64,000 nt of DNA, taken from Tubiluchus corallicola (lineage: Eukaryota > Animalia > Priapulida). The translations under genes and the position numbers were made by a program. The stretch spans positions 948,359 through 1,012,358 of the forward strand of contig JAQGDQ010000012.1 in NCBI GenBank assembly GCA_030141605.1, given 5' to 3'. Below the pieces are notes generated by a model, which made no database searches, had not been told where the DNA came from, and saw only the letters and a list, made by a program, of their open reading frames with translations. Positions 15,401-30,400 of this stretch are shown one piece after another. The first letter of the stretch is position 1, and every line of letters starts with the position of its first letter.

Positions 15401-18400
15401 AATCTGCTGTTGATATTGTTGCATCAAAGCTGACAGCAAGTTTTCGCAGGAGAAGAGAGCAAATGCCTTACTGTCTAAAGAATAACTAGCAAGAATAATC
15501 CACTCTTAAATCTGCTTGTTCCTCTTTCCTCTTAATGGAAGGTTACCAAATATTTGAAAGATGTACAAAGGAAAAACACATGTAGGTGCTGCAAAGAATA
15601 AAAGCCAACATCGTTCTGCATTTTAGAGGCTCTCTGAGACCCAAAAGACAAAGTATTTACCTTGAAATACGAGAGAGTTCTCCTGAGACTTGTCATCATT
15701 AATATAGAAAAATGTAATGTGCTTCATAGTCTCAAAGATTGTAATATTTATTCAAAAGCTTTTGCCCTAGCAGGTCTCATCATCTGAATAGGAAGTGTCT
15801 CAGGCTACCAGCACTTTCTATTCAACTGATGAGTCCCCCTAGGGCAAAAGCTCCTGAATAAATATTATAATCTTTGAGACTATAAAGAGCATTAAGTTTT
15901 TCTCTGTTAAGTATTTACCTTATTATATTCAAAAACTATATAATTTAAGATATTTATTTTGGTATAATTGATAGAAAACTTATAAAAACTATCATGTATG
16001 TCATCAGTAAAAATTTCTTGCATTTTAGAGGCCTTAGCTTCTGGCAAAGTTGTGCATATTGATATTTTAAGATACAGGAATCTCTTGGAATTCTGAGAGA
16101 AATGCAGAGCAATCCCGCCGACTCAGTAAAACTATGCTATCCATCGCAATGACAATTTAGAAGTGAAAATATAGGCTATAACCCCATAATTGACATATTT
16201 GTGGAGTGTTCACACATGGTCACACATTATCGATTTTATTATAGATATTATTCTCTGCTTATAAGCTGGCTTCAGAAATGCTCTATATCTGTCAGTCAGT
16301 AAGCCAAAAACAGTAAAAAAATACTATTGGCGTAACACATTTGCACATTATTGATTATAATCCAATTTGTGAGCAAAATGTTTCGCAAGCTTTTGCAAGA
16401 TACACAATTATATGTGTTGTTTTTGTACGATGCCTTAAAGTGACCAACATTTGAAAGTAATAATGTCCTGAGAAGATATATTAAGTCTTAAAAACCTGAG
16501 TATAAAGTTAAAATGTTGTTGATGCACGCTTGGTTGCATTTCAAAACCAGGGCCCGTTTTCACAAAGCCGTCGCTAAGTTAACGACATCGTTATTATCAG
16601 TTTAGTGACGATTTTAGAGAGCTCGTTAGCGTCTGCATTGCACAAAACCATCACTATTTAGTGACAGAAATAGTGCTGAGCAAGGAGCAGTCGTTAAGCG
16701 ATCACTAACATGATCATAATAATTGAAGTTGTACAAAATGTACTAGCATACTAGCATAGTGATCTGAATTTGAGGGTTTCTGCCCTATAAATTTAATTCC
16801 CTTTGCTTATTTGTCCTGTAACAACAATTATACAACATTACAGGATTGTTTATTAGAATTGTTTGTTATGGGCTTTTGATGCACGGTAAAAATGGCACAA
16901 ATAAAAATGGTACAGGTAAAAGTGGCACAGCAAAAATTATGCAAGAAAAAGTGGCAAAGGAAAAAGAGCTCAAATGGAAAGATTGTAAGAAATGGCACAC
17001 TTGTAAAATATGAGTTTAGGTTAGGGTTAGGGGCATAATTATTTTAGTTATTTTTACCTCTGCCAAAGATGTTGTGCTTTAACACTATTTGTTTGTTTGT
17101 TTGTTTGGTTTGTTGTTTTTTGTCTGTTACATAGTAGTAAACCTATTATGCAAAAATAACTTAACTTCTATGAAGCTTTGTGGAAAAGGTAGCAGATAGG
17201 GTACAAAAAAGTGCATTTTGACACAGATTCCTGGACAGAGGAGATGAAACTTCCAAAATGGGAGTTTTTCACTTGTTTTTTTCCACAAAACTTGACTGAC
17301 CACCACGTACAAAAAACATTCGTGAAGCACGCCGTGAGGTCTCAGAAGGGATGTCATAGTTCTTTGGAAAGCGGAGGACTGGGCTAGAGAATAAAATAAA
17401 TAATTCTTTTTTATCATTTCCACCAGGACAAACAGCTATGAGTTAGTTCCAGGCTCTATTTCCCTAGAAGACAGAAGAGGGTCATCTTGGACATTCTTTT
17501 GGCTATAATTCAAGAACTGTAAAACCAACGAAGACGAAATTCGGATAGTGGATAGCCAGGATCACGGACATTACTGGCAGCAAATAAGATGTTGTAACCG
17601 TGCTTTATTTGGCAACCGAGAAAGCACAGCTTTTGAAAGAGCATTTCTTTCTCTACCGAAACCTGCTGTCTTTTTGAAGACGGTCATAAGTCATGCCGAC
17701 CAGAAGGCACCAAAGAAAATCTTAATATGTTAGTTATTTTATTTATTTAAATTTATTGACAATTATTAAAATTACAAGATAAAATCAAATAAAAAACGGT
17801 AATAAAAATGTGGATGACAATGTACACTAATAATACATAGTGATACATAGTAATTCAAATGATACTAACATGCAACGCAAAAATAACAAAAACAATCGAA
17901 TACGGAACATTAATGCTCAGTACTTATGCTTAGTTTCAAAATAGCAACAATAAAGTAGGATTTACAGAGTTCAGGTTAAAATATTTTAGTAGCGACTTGA
18001 TCCCAATACAGTAGATTATAATTCTATTTGTTTTTAAAGGTACTACTGTATAAACGAACAGAAATCATAAATGTTTCAAACTGACTGAGCAGACCATTAT
18101 CATATGCTGTTCAAATTTCGGGTTTTCATCTTTTATACAAGAGGCTGAATAGTATAATCTGATTATATTGATTTACACTTGTCCAAGTGATTTCTAGTCT
18201 TTAAAATTGTAAATTTTTCACAACGAACCTTTTCAGGAAATTTAGGCAAATCAAGTAATTGGTAGTCTCTACTTAATTGTACATTATTTAATTTAGTTTT
18301 TAACCGTTGCTGAATAATTTTATTTATTTGTTGGTGACATAAGCTCTTGCAGCTTGTAGTTGTATGTTTTTAAAACTGACGTGAAGTAAATGTTTATCTT

Positions 18401-21400
18401 ATCTTATCTTACAGTACGTCAATCCCATCGGAAGTATCGAGAATCTCTTAGTCTCAATAAGACAACCTGGGGATGTTGCTATGTTACAAAAATTGCCAAA
18501 AAGCAGGAAATTTAAATGCACTTAAATCAAAATTTAAAAAAAAATAGTTTAATGAACAAGCGTTTAATGCGAATGTAGCACATCAGAAATTACTGTGCTA
18601 GACTATTATAGCTTTTACGCATGCAACCTCAAAGTATTTAATAACAGTACTGCGAAACCGTATTCCTAGTTTGGTCAGCCTCAGTGTAGTTACTTATATA
18701 TGGTTTTATGACATATGCGCACGGGCAGTATGAAGTTCCTGTAGCAGTTTCTTCATGGCTTTAGTGACAGCGTTAGTGAAGGCGTTTAGTGATGGCTTTG
18801 TGAAACCGGCCCTTGGCTGGCTGACGTTTACTTTCCTAAGCTTTCTAATCATAATGGTAAACGATATCCTACATCTGGCTTAGCTTGCTACATTCTTCAG
18901 CAATAAATGCCAATCAAACTTGAAACTAGAAAAGCAAGCAAATCACATTGCAGAAAATGTTTTTTGAGTAATACCAGCAATGTGAAAAATGCGAAAAGCT
19001 ATGCTAATAATAAAACCACAATACTGCATATAATGATTCACATCTAAAAATTTAACTTTTATTAAGAAAGTTATTACCTGCACAGAAGCGGTATTTTGAG
19101 TTGAGGAGAGAATCTCCATCTCCGATTTTTCTCCTGTAGGAACACAAATAGCAGACTGATTTTCCATGTAGAAATGTTGCTGTCCACCTGTCCTAAATTC
19201 TCCCTCTGCAATATTTTCAAAAATTAGCCTTGTTAGTATATCTCAGTACTATTTTAAGGACTGGATGTATCAGCTTTAAAGGTAAAAGTAATTTGACGTG
19301 ATTTCAGAAATAGTGAATTATTCTTACTGAATGATACCTAACTAAAGATACAAAAGTCATTTTACAGCTCACTGGCACTCAAGATGTGTGTTTACTCTTT
19401 TGTATTTAACAGCTGCATAATCAAACTCGATGGAACCATAACATACTTGAGAAAAAGTTTCAAAAATACTAACTGTTGCACACATTTTCTTTCTCACCAA
19501 AGCCATCTAACCCAACCTGCATAAATTCAAACTACAGCTGTTAGACATGTATATTCTTTCAATGAAACATAAATAAAACAAGTAAAACACCTATAATGTG
19601 TTTTGACCTGGCTAACGCATCATCAATGTGTCCTACATCGGCTCTTAGATGCACATCTTCAAAAGAATTTTCTTTAATGGCATCCTGTAAGAAAAAGGAA
19701 CTGAAACGGTATTAAACTGTGTTTTGCTGCTGGTAAAAATTATTAAAGAAAAGTTAAACAATATTTTAGATCGCAGCTCATTTAGCCTAAAATATACATT
19801 TCATTGTATAATAATTTCCAAAACTAGCTACAGAGCTAGTTTACCTGGCTAGTTGGCAGTCTGTTCTTGGCTAAGAAAGTTGTTGTTGTTTGTCTCAGTT
19901 AAACCATTTATTTGTCAAGAGTAGTGGAGCCATGATGAAAGTTTATTTTGATTATTCAGTCTCACTTTATTATTAATTTCTTTGTTTCCTTTTTGGCTCA
20001 AATTAGTTTGTTGTATTTTGTTATGATTTTTCTTACAGATAAAACATAATAAAGCTACTCGAACATGAATTTTTTTACTTTGGGCATCATGAAGTAGTAG
20101 TCTCTCACAGTGCACTTACATAATTTTTGTGCTAAAATTCTCCAGTACCAGATAGTGTGTAACAATGGCTGCATACATTAATAAACAGAAAAAGTAGATA
20201 CTCCTCCAATAAAACTGCCACAGCAGCTACAGTCATTTACAATAATGTTAAAAAAGTTATCATGATAGTTAAGCTTTTTATTTCTAAGATGCTACTGTTA
20301 CAAACAACATTGTCCAAGAACAATAACACAATACATGTTAGTATAAAACCGGTCAAAAACCCAGATCACTGTACATTAGCTTTTGCAAAGCCATGAAAAA
20401 TATTGTAAAGTACTACACCTATTTCCCACATCCAGAAATAATTATTTGAACCTCTGCTATCAATCATGAGAAATTAATATACACAAAATGATGTAGTTAA
20501 ATATACCTGTTTGAATGCAAAAGGAGTAATAGGAATAACGAAAATAACCGAGTTTCGTTTATAAACTTTGTAACTATATAGATGTATCCCATTTTTCATA
20601 CAGTCAAGCTAGCACGATACAATATGTATACAATTCAAGAACAATAAGTTAAAATTGTATAATACAGAAAATAAAAAGCCTTACAATATAATCAAAAAAT
20701 TAAGATGAAATAAAAATAGACTCAAATTTTAAGATAAGATCAGTAAAGCACCATTGTGTATGAACAATATATACAGCTATATATGATTTATTTCAATTAT
20801 GTTCATTTTTGTATTGATGGATAATACCTGACATTACCAAATAACTATGAAACACCATACAGAGTCACTTTAAACATCAAGCATATAGCAAGTATATAAG
20901 AAATAGCATAATTTCAATATGTTTACCTCAATTGTTAGAATGGCAGGTAGGTCCTCATACTCAATCTTGACCAATCTAGCAGCTCTCTGTGCCAATTCCC
21001 TGGACTCTGCCACCACTGCCCCAATCAACTCCCCTACATATCGAACCTCATCCTTAGCTAACAAAGGCTGATCGTAATCGACTGCTGCTATATTATTGCC
21101 AGGAATATCATGATAATCAATAAATGAAACCACACCAGGTGTAGCCAGCGAGGCACTTGTGTCAACAGATTTTATCCGTGCATGAGCGCTTCTAGAGATA
21201 ACTAGTCCGAGATGTAATTCATCTGAAACAATAGAAATTAAAATTAGATGTGGGAATACTGATGTAAGAAATATTTCACGGTATTTGATTTAAAAGCAGA
21301 CATAGCTAGTAATGAAATCATGGGTACTAAGCACTGAACTTAGCACAAAGCACAGAAGTCTGTCAAGACACAGACATAGACATAGACATTTTATTTATCT

Positions 21401-24400
21401 CCTCATTTACACCAGAATACTAATAGACTATTATTGCTGTAGTTATTAATTAATCAGGATAAATTATGCATAAAGGAAAGAGTTAGGGGTGCAGGAGAAA
21501 GGGTAGCAAGACAAATTGGTCATCAAGTCAGCTGCCCTTCTCAGATTAGTGCAAATTGTAAAAAATTTGTAGCGCTGCTTATTAAACCATGTAATATAAT
21601 TATGAAGTAGGTTAAGAAAATCAACTGTTAACATAAATTTATAGGGGAATAACTAAATAGGCTATGCAACAAGGAAGCATTAAGATAAAATGAAAAATAT
21701 GAAATGATGATCAACCAAATACGTAAAGCATTTAACTAACCGATTAAAACATAAACAAACTAGAAAAAAGTCAAACCAAAAGAACAAAATAATACATAAA
21801 TAATAAATCAGTGAAGGAAGCAAAATATGCATGATAAAATCAAACTAAATATAATGAAACGTAAATATGTAATAGTGTTTAATCAAATTATGTTAAGCAT
21901 AATGCCGAAGGACTATGGAACACAGCAGCTAGTACAGAAAAATGGAGTAATGAAATGTGTAATATGTAAATGAACAAAATATGTAACGAAGTATGAGTAT
22001 GTGACTAAATAGACAATATGGCTCAACAAAAAATATAATAAAACTTAATGATAACTGTGAAACAATGAGCAAAATAATTATAATAAAGTGAATATATATG
22101 TAGTGACAAAAGCATAATATGCAAGCAAAAACATAAGTGGAGCAGGCAAAATTATAAAAAAAAAGTGTTGTAGCTGCTGGATTTGTTCGAAGATTATGTA
22201 AGACCTATTACAAATATACTTCAACCTATTGTATTGTGTGCTTACCTTCCCTTTTCATAGCTGAGAAGAAATAATAATAACAATTATACATTCTGATGAA
22301 AATATGTACTATGACAATATAATTATAGTTAATAGATTAGTACAAGGGGAATACATTAACACTAACAGAGATGATTTATTAGAAATAGATCTAGCAAAAA
22401 AGTCACACATTATAATTAGGAATAAGGATGGATTTATAGTTAATTATCAAATAGCTAAAGGTGCCATTTTTTTAGTTCATTAGGCAGACAGTTCCACTAC
22501 AAAGCGCCTTGATAAGTTAGAGATTTTTGCCCTTTGTTAGTATTAAATCTTTGTACATAGAAAGTTTGGTTACTGGCAAATCGTGTATGATACTCCTGCA
22601 TCTGGGCTACTGATTTATAGTAATTCTGGAAAATTTCAGGAAGCATATTATGTTTAAATCTATATAAAAATTTGGCCAACTCTAATTTATATATGTCCTG
22701 AAGTTTTAAGATTTTATGCTGGTGGTATAAAGGTGTAACGTGGGCTCTTCTAATTGTAACTGTCCAAAGCTTTATAAATTCATTGGTAAGTGAATAAAAT
22801 CAATAATTCAAGAATCAATAAATCAATAATCCCCTAATTACTAATCAAATAAATTGATTAGTAATTAGGGGATACAATGTGGAATGGGATGCTGAACCAT
22901 AGGTAAGTATGCTGTATCCTAAATACGGAGAAAATAAAGAAGATAGAAGTTTTTCGAATTATAATGCTTAATTTTTGAAAAAATACCTATAATTTTACTG
23001 GTTTTATTATCAATATATTGTATATGTGCTTTTCATGAAAGATCGTGATCTATTAGTACTCCTAGATATTTTATTTGTTGCACAGATTGTATCCTGGTAT
23101 TTCACATTGTCAAATTTAATGTCAATTTTTTACTTTTCTGGGATTACCAATCATCATATATTTAGTTTTGGAATAGTTAATACAAAGTCGGTTGGCTCTC
23201 ATCCATTGTGCTACTTTAGGTAATTCAACATTAAGAAATTCTTCTTGGTGATTTATGTTAGTATCAGAACTGAAAAAGTTAGTACCATCAGAAAAAGTCT
23301 AGTATGTAATTGGGTATTTAAAGGGAGATCATTTATGTAGAGTAAGAAAAAAAGGGGACCAAGAGTTGAGCCTTGAGGAACACCACACTGTACAATTGCC
23401 AGATCTGAGTTTTTATTCGCGATAGATGTATATTGTTTTCGATTGTGTAAATATGACTGCAGTAATTGAAGAGGCGGGCCTCTGATACCGTAGTGTTCAA
23501 GTTTGGCTAATAAAATATCATGTTGTACAGTATCAAAGGCCTTCGATAAGTCTAAAAATACAGCACAGGTGTACTTATTATGATCTATATTTTGTAACAG
23601 ATCGTCTATAAGTTTAGCAATAGCTAAGGCTGTGCAGTATCTTTTGCGCAACCCAAAGTGAAATCTAGAGAGAATTTTGTTGTCGTTTATAAATTTTATT
23701 AGTCTGTCATAAAGCAATTTTTCAATAATTTTGGAGACAGGTGAAAGTAAAGATATTGGCCTATAGTTAGTGGGGTTATCGGGGGAGTCGCCTTTAAAAA
23801 TAGGAATAATTTTAGCTATCTTTAAACAGTTAGGGAACGTACCTTCAGTAATAGCCTTGTTAAACTATTTAGTTAGACAGGGGAAATAATGAGACCAGCT
23901 GATTTGTAAAATGATATAGGAATATTTTCACGACCAGAGGCTTTGTTCTGATTTAAACTATTAATTGATGTATTTACTTCAGCTTCAATAATGGGCGTTA
24001 AGAAGAACGAATTTGGAAAGGACATTCTAGAAAAGACTTAAATGACAGTTGCGTGGGCTGTATTTTAGATGCCATACCAGGACCAACGGAAGCAAAAAAA
24101 GTGTTCATGACTTGACAGATATCAGTTATATCACTTGAGAGAATGCAATCTTTGTATACTTTTTTTTGGTGTTACGTGTTGATGCAATTTAGCATTGATT
24201 AAACTATTTATGGTCGACCAAAGTTTCTTTGTGTTATTTTTACTATTTTGCAAGATTTCTTGATAGAAGCTTTTTTTCCCCCAAGGATCACAGAAAAACA
24301 CAAAATAACTGTAATATGTACCACCTTCAAGTAATCTTCCATCAAATTAATACAATATAAGTCCAAAAGCAAAATATGCTAGTGAGTTAAAAATCGAGTA

Positions 24401-27400
24401 ACCCTTTTTATTCTCTAGTACACACCTTCTAGTAATCCTGTATCATCACAGTATACAGCTTCTCCAGTAGCATGTTCTAAAGCAGAAGAATGGACTAAAG
24501 GACGTCCAAGAGGATCCTGTTCTGACTGACCGGCTTGGACAATCTCAAATACTTGTGATGATTTAGGTATTCCTCTTTTTATCTTTCCTTTTACACGGAC
24601 AGCATGTGTCTGAAAAAATGTCAAAGCCAAAAGTATTCTTTAATACAATCAAGCATCACGATACTAGCTAAGCTAAGTACTGATTTAAAAAAAATTTAAA
24701 AACAAAGACTTGCTTTTGAATAATAACATAAGTAATAAATCTAATAATTTATAAATTACCTACCATAACTTCATTTATCTCTTGTAAAACATGTAAGTAA
24801 AACTTGTAAAATAGACTTGTTACTAGAAGATTCCTATAATCAACCATCCCGTCAACATTGTCATCTGGTATCTTCAGTTCGCTATTGAGAGACTTACATG
24901 CAAGTTGAAACATTTTATCATTCCATGTTCTGTAAAAAACTCAAAATCAAAATTCCAGAAACTGATATTAGTAATAATTGAAATATCTAAACAAGATAAG
25001 CATAGAACATCCAGTTTACTTAAAATGTAATTTGGAATCAGTTGCATCTATGATGCTTCAGACAATTCAGACACTCAGAAATAATCAAATTGCCTTGATT
25101 TAAAGTGTTACTGTGTGTAAATTAGTATAACATGACCTTTTGCATCCCTAGCTAGCATTTTCAACTTCTGTTATGCAATGCCATGAAATAACAGTAGTAG
25201 TTTTCATAGTACAGTAGGTACCGCTTAACACACTCACTTTGAGACCGAAGTGTTTTGACCCAATTAACCGACCGAACCTATTACCTGATGGATGTAGTAT
25301 TACTGTTATAGAAGTATGAGTCAACAGCTTAGTGTGCACTGCACAAGTCTTTAATGAATTTTAGAAACTAAGTAATACCTAAATTCTTTTGTGCAGTTAA
25401 AAATTAGAAAAAAATATTTTAAAATATAAATTTACAGTGAATTACAGTGAAATAAGTGAATTAAAATTAAAAAGTATAGTTTTCTAAATAACACAAGTCT
25501 GTTTATTTGCAAAAATTACAAAAATTCTTTCAAAGTCGGCTGCTTCATTTTATCAGGAAGAAGCTGGCATAATAACAATATCTGATTAAACTTTGTGGAA
25601 AAAGCAGACTGCTAAGAAAGTGATTAAATGTTTAGCTTCCAGTAACTCTTGGATAACGAGGTTAATTGCAGTGGACGCGCGGGTCAAAGCAAACCATTAG
25701 GCTATCAAAGTTAGCGTATGATAAACGTTCATGCTTACAAATAAAACAGCACTAAACACAGTGATTGTTTCTATGTATATAATAGGACAAAAGCGAAACT
25801 AAGATGATATGAAAGTCGTAAAAGCTTATTAGTCACATAAAAGTGTCTTATTGAAGCATGTGAAACAAAAATATTGCGTCAATTATATGGAATTATTTGA
25901 GCCAATTACCGACAGTTTTTATGTACATTTGCATAGAAGCGGCCCATACCAAGCGTTTTTGAGTCAATTAAGCAATTGAGTCTATTAACTGTGAGTCTAT
26001 TAAGCGGCACCTACTGTAATTTTGTTTTTGGTAAATTACAGTCTGCTTTAAGGGTGTACTATATCTTTCAAATGATTTTAGACAGAAGCAGGAAACAGCA
26101 CAACACTAGCATCCCACTTCTACTAACTCTAAGACTGAACAAATCAAGGCCAACAAATGAACACAGAACTGATCATGCTTTGGCCTCTGCCATGGATTAG
26201 TTATATATGGGCAGATAGCACTGGTCTCACTAACAAATATGAAAGAAATCTTTATTTTCTTTGTTAAAAATCATAAAAATTTCATTTTATCATGGGACTT
26301 CGAATGATTATATGATGAAATATGCATATGTGCTATACAAATGATATTTAATATTGCACAAATGCTTTTTGGCAAAGTTCAACATCGCCTGCTTCCATGA
26401 TTACCATTTGACATCTAATCACACCTGAATCCATTTTCTATGTTAACTAAAGTATTTCTTTTTCCATAAATTTAGTTATTATAACTTATTAGGAATATTA
26501 AAATTATGTAAAATTAATTTGAGGTTTTATTCATATGCATCTGCACTGCTTACAAATGATACTATGCATTTAATGAATTTTAATGACAATTGCAAAAAAT
26601 CTGGAGGTCATGAAATTTAGGAATTTAGATCATGGAATTAAGCATTTTTTGTAATTGAACCAGTCAGGTCAACAAACCATAAAGTACCTATCTTATACCT
26701 AGGAGTAATATTTCTGCCAGTCAATTATATTAATTGTTACTCCTCTTCGTACAGATAGGAATTATCTATGTAAACTGTAAACAGTAGATGAAAACCTACT
26801 AAATAACCACATTGGATACACTTTAATATATAGGAAATAGATAAGTTTTCGTATTCTTTAAATTGAAGTTTGAAGGGAAGTTGATGAAGAAAGAGGTATT
26901 AAACAGTTATTGGTTTCTAGCCCTTGTGTTGTGCTCGAAAATAACTGCTTTTTTCTTCTGCTATTATCTAAAATCATTTGTATGATATAGTACACTGTGA
27001 AAACAGACTGTAATTTATTGAAAAGAAAATTACTATAAAAACTACTCCTGCGATTTCTAAGCACACCCGAACAGAAGACGAAAATGCGAGGTAGGGATGC
27101 AAAAGGTCATGTTATACTAGATTACAGAATCCATATTCAAAAAACTTATGAAAGTTATTAGGATACTACATGGTACTTATTTGTTGGCGGCAAAAAGAAT
27201 GTAGAGCATGATTAAAATGTGGGCTTAATTTATTTATATTCACTTACCACATAGCTATCTATTTAATCATATTAATATAAATATTCCATATAAAGAAAAG
27301 CCTAGTTCATATTAATCTAACTTTAACAACCTGTTTCATACTATTACCCAAGGCTTACATATTAAAAAAAAAGCCACATTACTTGGAGAGGGAATGTCAT

Positions 27401-30400
27401 TACTGATGACCCATTCACCTAGTAATGTAATATATATATTGCTACTAGCCAAGTCTTTATAAAAAATTATAAGACTTATTCACATCATTACAGGATAAGT
27501 TTCATAGTTACTTATCTGCTTGGAAAAGCAAAGGCAGTTAACACAGTTAAATTTTAATATTTTAGATCTATTTACCTTTTTTGTAGAAGAAATGTAGTTT
27601 ATGCTCACTCTGGAATTTTACTGATAATAACTTCACACAATCTACCCTGGCCGTTTCTTTTCCATGCACATTAAATCAGTTACAAAGTTTTGATGTATTA
27701 GTTACAACAGTTTACAACTTTCCTACACAATTATTGTTTCAATGAGTGTTGATAAAACAGGTCACCTATTAACCAGTTACGAAAAAATAATATCAGTCTA
27801 CAATATGCATAGTTTTTAAGAACATATCCCAGTTACCTTCCTGTCAGTGTTTCTGCAGTTTTCACAGCAGCAACTGTAGTTGGTCCAATGCCACCATACG
27901 AAGCTCGAATAAATTTAATTTTATTACTCTCAGCTTCCATATGGACTTTAAATGCACATACTACAACAGCTGTATCAAACTCTCTTCTATTTGACTGTTT
28001 GTAAGCAACTACATAATCTTCCTGCAATTAAGTACAAAATTTTTAGCTTAAATCGTTTGTACATATTTGTACAAAAAAAAAGATATTAAAAATCTCCATG
28101 GTGAAGGAATTAGTTTCAAGGGTCTTTTTTTGCACGGTTTCACAAAATTATGTCTATATAATCATCAATATGAAAGCTAAAATATGTCTAGGCAGTCAAA
28201 GAGCAGAGTATGGAGCATCATTAAAATTTCATAGATAAATAAGGAAACAAACATTCGCATTCATACCTTGGAAGAAAATGGCAGAAATATTGATTTAATG
28301 ATCTCATCTGGTTTTAAAATTGTTTTGCTTTTCCCAATGAAAAACTTTTCATCAATGGGAACATTACTATTAACTCCATCAGAAGACAAGACAGTAATGC
28401 TAGCACCTCCTGCAAGCCACAGTGGATTCAAATCTGCTTGTGAAGTGGCAGAGGCAATGCTGCCACCTATAGTCTGCAATAAAACAACAATGCTGACGTT
28501 AAATGCAATTATTTAAAGTTTAACTCAGCACAGTTCCTTAGTCTAATGACAGCAGATAAAGTTAGGCAAAAGTATAATTAACGTCAACTCTAATGCACAT
28601 TATTTTATTTCATTTGTACTGAAAAGTCATAAGCTTCTAAGCTAACACCTACTTTTAATCCAAACTTTTGTAAAATATTGAAATCAAGTGCATGTTGGCC
28701 TTATATTACAGATTGGAGTCATGGACGTCACACACATATTGTTCACTACTATACAAAAATATGGATTATATTAAAATAGAATAATGTAAAGATTGGCTTG
28801 AATAGAATTTTACAGTTTTTAAAACGTGTGTAAGATTTTAGGTTAACTAGCTAAAACAGAAATGCCGTATCTTACATCTAACAAGGTATTTTTGTTATTT
28901 ACATTTTCTCCTGGAAACATCATTCGTCACATTGCATACAATACTCTTCTGCTTGCATGAAAGTGAGTAATCCCCAAGAAGAAAAGAAAGATGGTTGCTC
29001 GAAAGCTAAAATCCTGATTTGGCAGTCAATAATGGAAAAAATAGTCTCAACCCTAAAATGTACTATTACGATTTAATTACCAATATAGTTAAACACAAAA
29101 TTTTCACAACTTGTGCATTGTAAATTAAGACGGTAAGAAAATGGACATACAGCAACATTTCTGATCTGTGGTCCAGCATACCGGTCCAAGATGCTCACAG
29201 CTGCTTTGAACAACTTCGTCTTATCAGCTGAAAAACAATGCTTATAAAAGTTTCGTTGCAGTAAATATGAATGAAAAACAGGATATTGAAAGATAACACA
29301 ACATTAAAGTTCCTGCACTACAGAAGTAATTTTAAAACCTACATTAGATACCTTTATGATCTTTTATAGCAGAATTAAGAATATCTTCCAATGTTGTCAT
29401 AGTAACACCAGCACCAATATTAACTCCCGAATTTGTCCATTCTACTTTTTGCAGCTCTGTCAGGTGACCAATTGATATAACAGTCAATGGAGTGGATACA
29501 TTTCTTATATGAAATACTGAAAAAAACAAAGTGCACATATATATATATATATATAACAGTGGCTTGTGGTACAAGTTGAATGGTGTAAGTTATGTGCAAG
29601 TTGATTGAACCCTGGCTTTTTTAGGACAAAACTCAATCTAAATTGGGGGCCTGGGATATCCAATGCTTTCAGTGTTGAATAACAGTGGCTTTGTAACTTA
29701 TCAAATGAAAGGCTGGTGAGACGAGTAGAAAGGTACAAGGTCCTTGGTCAAAGTTTCGATTTAGTATCTTGTAGTATATTAGATGAAAAGCCTCGACAAA
29801 ACAATAGAATGGTGTTTATTGATCCCAGATTTGGTTGACCAACAGGTCATGGGTGTAAATGCTTAGAAGTTCCGCCTTTATGTAAGTTAAGATCAAATCC
29901 TAGGTAATCATGTTAGGCAATATTATGACCTTCAGTGCCATCACAGGTGAAAAAGTGGCAAGTCCAGAATTCACTGTAACTACTACTGTCAAGCACAACA
30001 GTGCTTACATATACGGTTTTAATTATTTTGAAATATATTATTTATTTGTCAATATGAAACAAAAGCTGTCACTTAAAGCATCCTCTGTCACAGAAACAGA
30101 ATGTTATCACAGTTTTTGACAACCAACAATGTCCACTAGTTAAATTTTGCTTTACATGACAAGTAAGTTTACACTTTTACACAAAGTTTGGTATGCTAAA
30201 GCTACACTTGAAACACAAATTTGATTTAACCTTTAAAGTTGAAAAAAATGCAGTATAAGATATTAGAAAAACAGACAACAAACACAAATAACTGAAAAAA
30301 GTTATTTTCCCAATACTAGACAGCGTACAGAACTACATACCAATACTGGTGCTTCCAGCTACAAACAAAGCATCTGAAGAACTTTTCTTTAATTTTATGG

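Noticed and set aside
17015-17032. Interstitial telomere
   Set aside because: Only about three degenerate units embedded in a repeat element.
24325-24345. Short echo of the exon 12 3' end (accttcaagtaatc)
   Set aside because: Too short to tell from chance; no usable acceptor or frame.
29228-29351. Second U12 intron (donor GTATCT)
   Set aside because: No CCTTAAC-like branch site, an ordinary T-rich acceptor, and the paralogous donor is GTATTT.
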